From the human T2T-CHM13v2.0 reference genome, Homo sapiens: a stretch of DNA of 64,000 nt. The notes under the pieces were generated by a model that did not search any database, was not told where the DNA came from, and was given only the letters and a program-made list of their open reading frames with translations. The position numbers were made by a program, and so were the translations under genes. Numbering within the stretch: the stretch's first letter is position 1; each line of letters opens with the position of its first letter. The stretch lies in NCBI RefSeq assembly GCF_009914755.1, contig NC_060926.1, one strand, 5' to 3'. Shown here one piece after another: positions 62,568 through 64,000 of the stretch.

Positions 62568-64000
62568 ATGTTGTCTATTTAATTATGAAAACTTAGACAA
62601 GTTGCTTCACTGGAAGCTTCGGTTTCCTCATCTGTCAGCTGGGAATGCTGCCATTGCTAAGGTGGTTGGGAGCACTAAGTGCATTCATATATGTACGTGG
62701 TGTGATGTGTATTTCTGGCATGAAGGCAAGAAAAAGGCTGGTATATTTGGAGGAACTGCAAAGAATACAGAATGGCGGGTCTAAGGAGCCCTAGGGGAGC
62801 AATAGGGCGTGCAGCCGGAGAGGCCAGCTGGGTGAATGGTGCATGGCATGGAGGACCAACCGAGGAACCCAGGCCAGGCAGAGCCAACAAAGCCAGGAGC
62901 TCATCATGTCATACCCCTGCCCAAGCACCTTCATGTCCCCCAACTGCCTCCAAGTGGCAGTGCAGGTTTCTTTGACCAAACCAACCCTTGAGGCTTTCCA
63001 GCAAGCATCCAGTCTAGCCTTCTCTCCCATCACACTCTGAAAAAGATGGGGAATAAAGTGGCATCTTCTTTACAGTCTCTTTCTCGGTGAATGGTTAGTG
63101 CTGGGTGCGGAGGAGCAGGACAGCCCAAGCCTGCCTCTGTGCTCCAGCCCGCACGTCCTGCCTCCTTCCTTTTCTTCTCCTCTGGGCCTGATCCAGGAGA
63201 ATCCGCTCTCCCCAGCCCCAGTCTCTGAATCAAGGTTGCTTCTTGCCCCCTACCCCACCCCCACTAAATACCACCCAAAGGCTGTGTGTGGCTCAGCAAG
63301 GCCAATGGTTGCCAATCAGCACCAGGGCTCTTCTTTGAGGACAGACCGAGGCTTTGGTCTAATTACATAGGCACCAGGCATCTGAGATCACCAAGGCCAG
63401 GAAAAGCTGAAAGTCAGGTAGTTCCCACTGTCTGCTCCAGCAAGGCCAGCTGGCTCTCAAAACCATCAAAACAGAGAGAAGGGCGAGGTTGGAGAGGGAG
63501 ACCTGAAGCCCAGCTATTAATAACAGTCTCACCTTTTAACAAAATATTATATTAGTTTCACATTCACACTGGCAGTCTCCCCACCCCTGTGTGAGGTGAG
63601 CTATGCAGACATTGCTCTCTCCATTTTCTCACTTATAGAGGGGAAACTGAGGCTCAGAGAAGGGCCATGGCCTGCCCAGGGTCACCACAGAGGCCTCTTG
63701 CCTTCTGGTCCCTTCCACTGGGCTGCCCATCTGGTGAGTTTGGTTCACATCAGTCGTTTGGTACTGATCCAGAGTTCTAGAACTTCTGTTTAAAATTCCC
63801 CTTCAGCATGGGAAGGGGGCAGCATTCAGAAAATCTTCCAGGGAATTCTTCCTCTGGAAAAGGAGAATGCCATGTGAAGCAACGTGGATAGAACAGATGC
63901 TGTCGTGGCCCACACCTCATCTCTTTCCATCTTGCTCATCACCCTTCATTTCCAGGTACCCCCTTCCCGTTTGTTAACACTCTAACATGACCCACCCAAC

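Overview
Human (hominid) genomic DNA, mostly non-coding and repeat-rich. The minus strand carries the promoter and first three coding exons of CIB4 (calcium- and integrin-binding protein 4). I reconstructed them from GT-AG splice sites at 20428-20375, 19681-19647 and 8620-8524. Spliced, they give [62 protein letters not shown]; the ORF track does not show this. The remaining exons lie left of the window. From recalled gene order (not checked against a database), this is 2p23.3, and the ~43 kb right of the CIB4 start is the interval towards KCNK3, whose exons are not in the window. That interval holds a frameshifted RPL37 processed pseudogene with target-site duplications (TSDs), a 5'-truncated SVA, a human-specific AluYb8, many older Alu/L1/HAL1/L2/MIR/LTR/hAT elements and GGAA microsatellites. 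I found no new gene or multi-gene system. The most unusual structures are: (i) a patchwork of locally templated duplications inside a GGAA microsatellite at ~49.6-50.15 kb; (ii) two sites re-targeted by successive retrotransposon insertions, leaving triplicated TSDs; (iii) a CIB4 promoter with an RFX X-box next to a 50-bp tandem duplication; (iv) several candidate CIB4 splice switches, namely a decoy acceptor made by a 28-bp tandem repeat, an in-frame alternative donor and a possible poison exon. Repeat subfamily names are by eye and boundaries are approximate unless TSDs are quoted.
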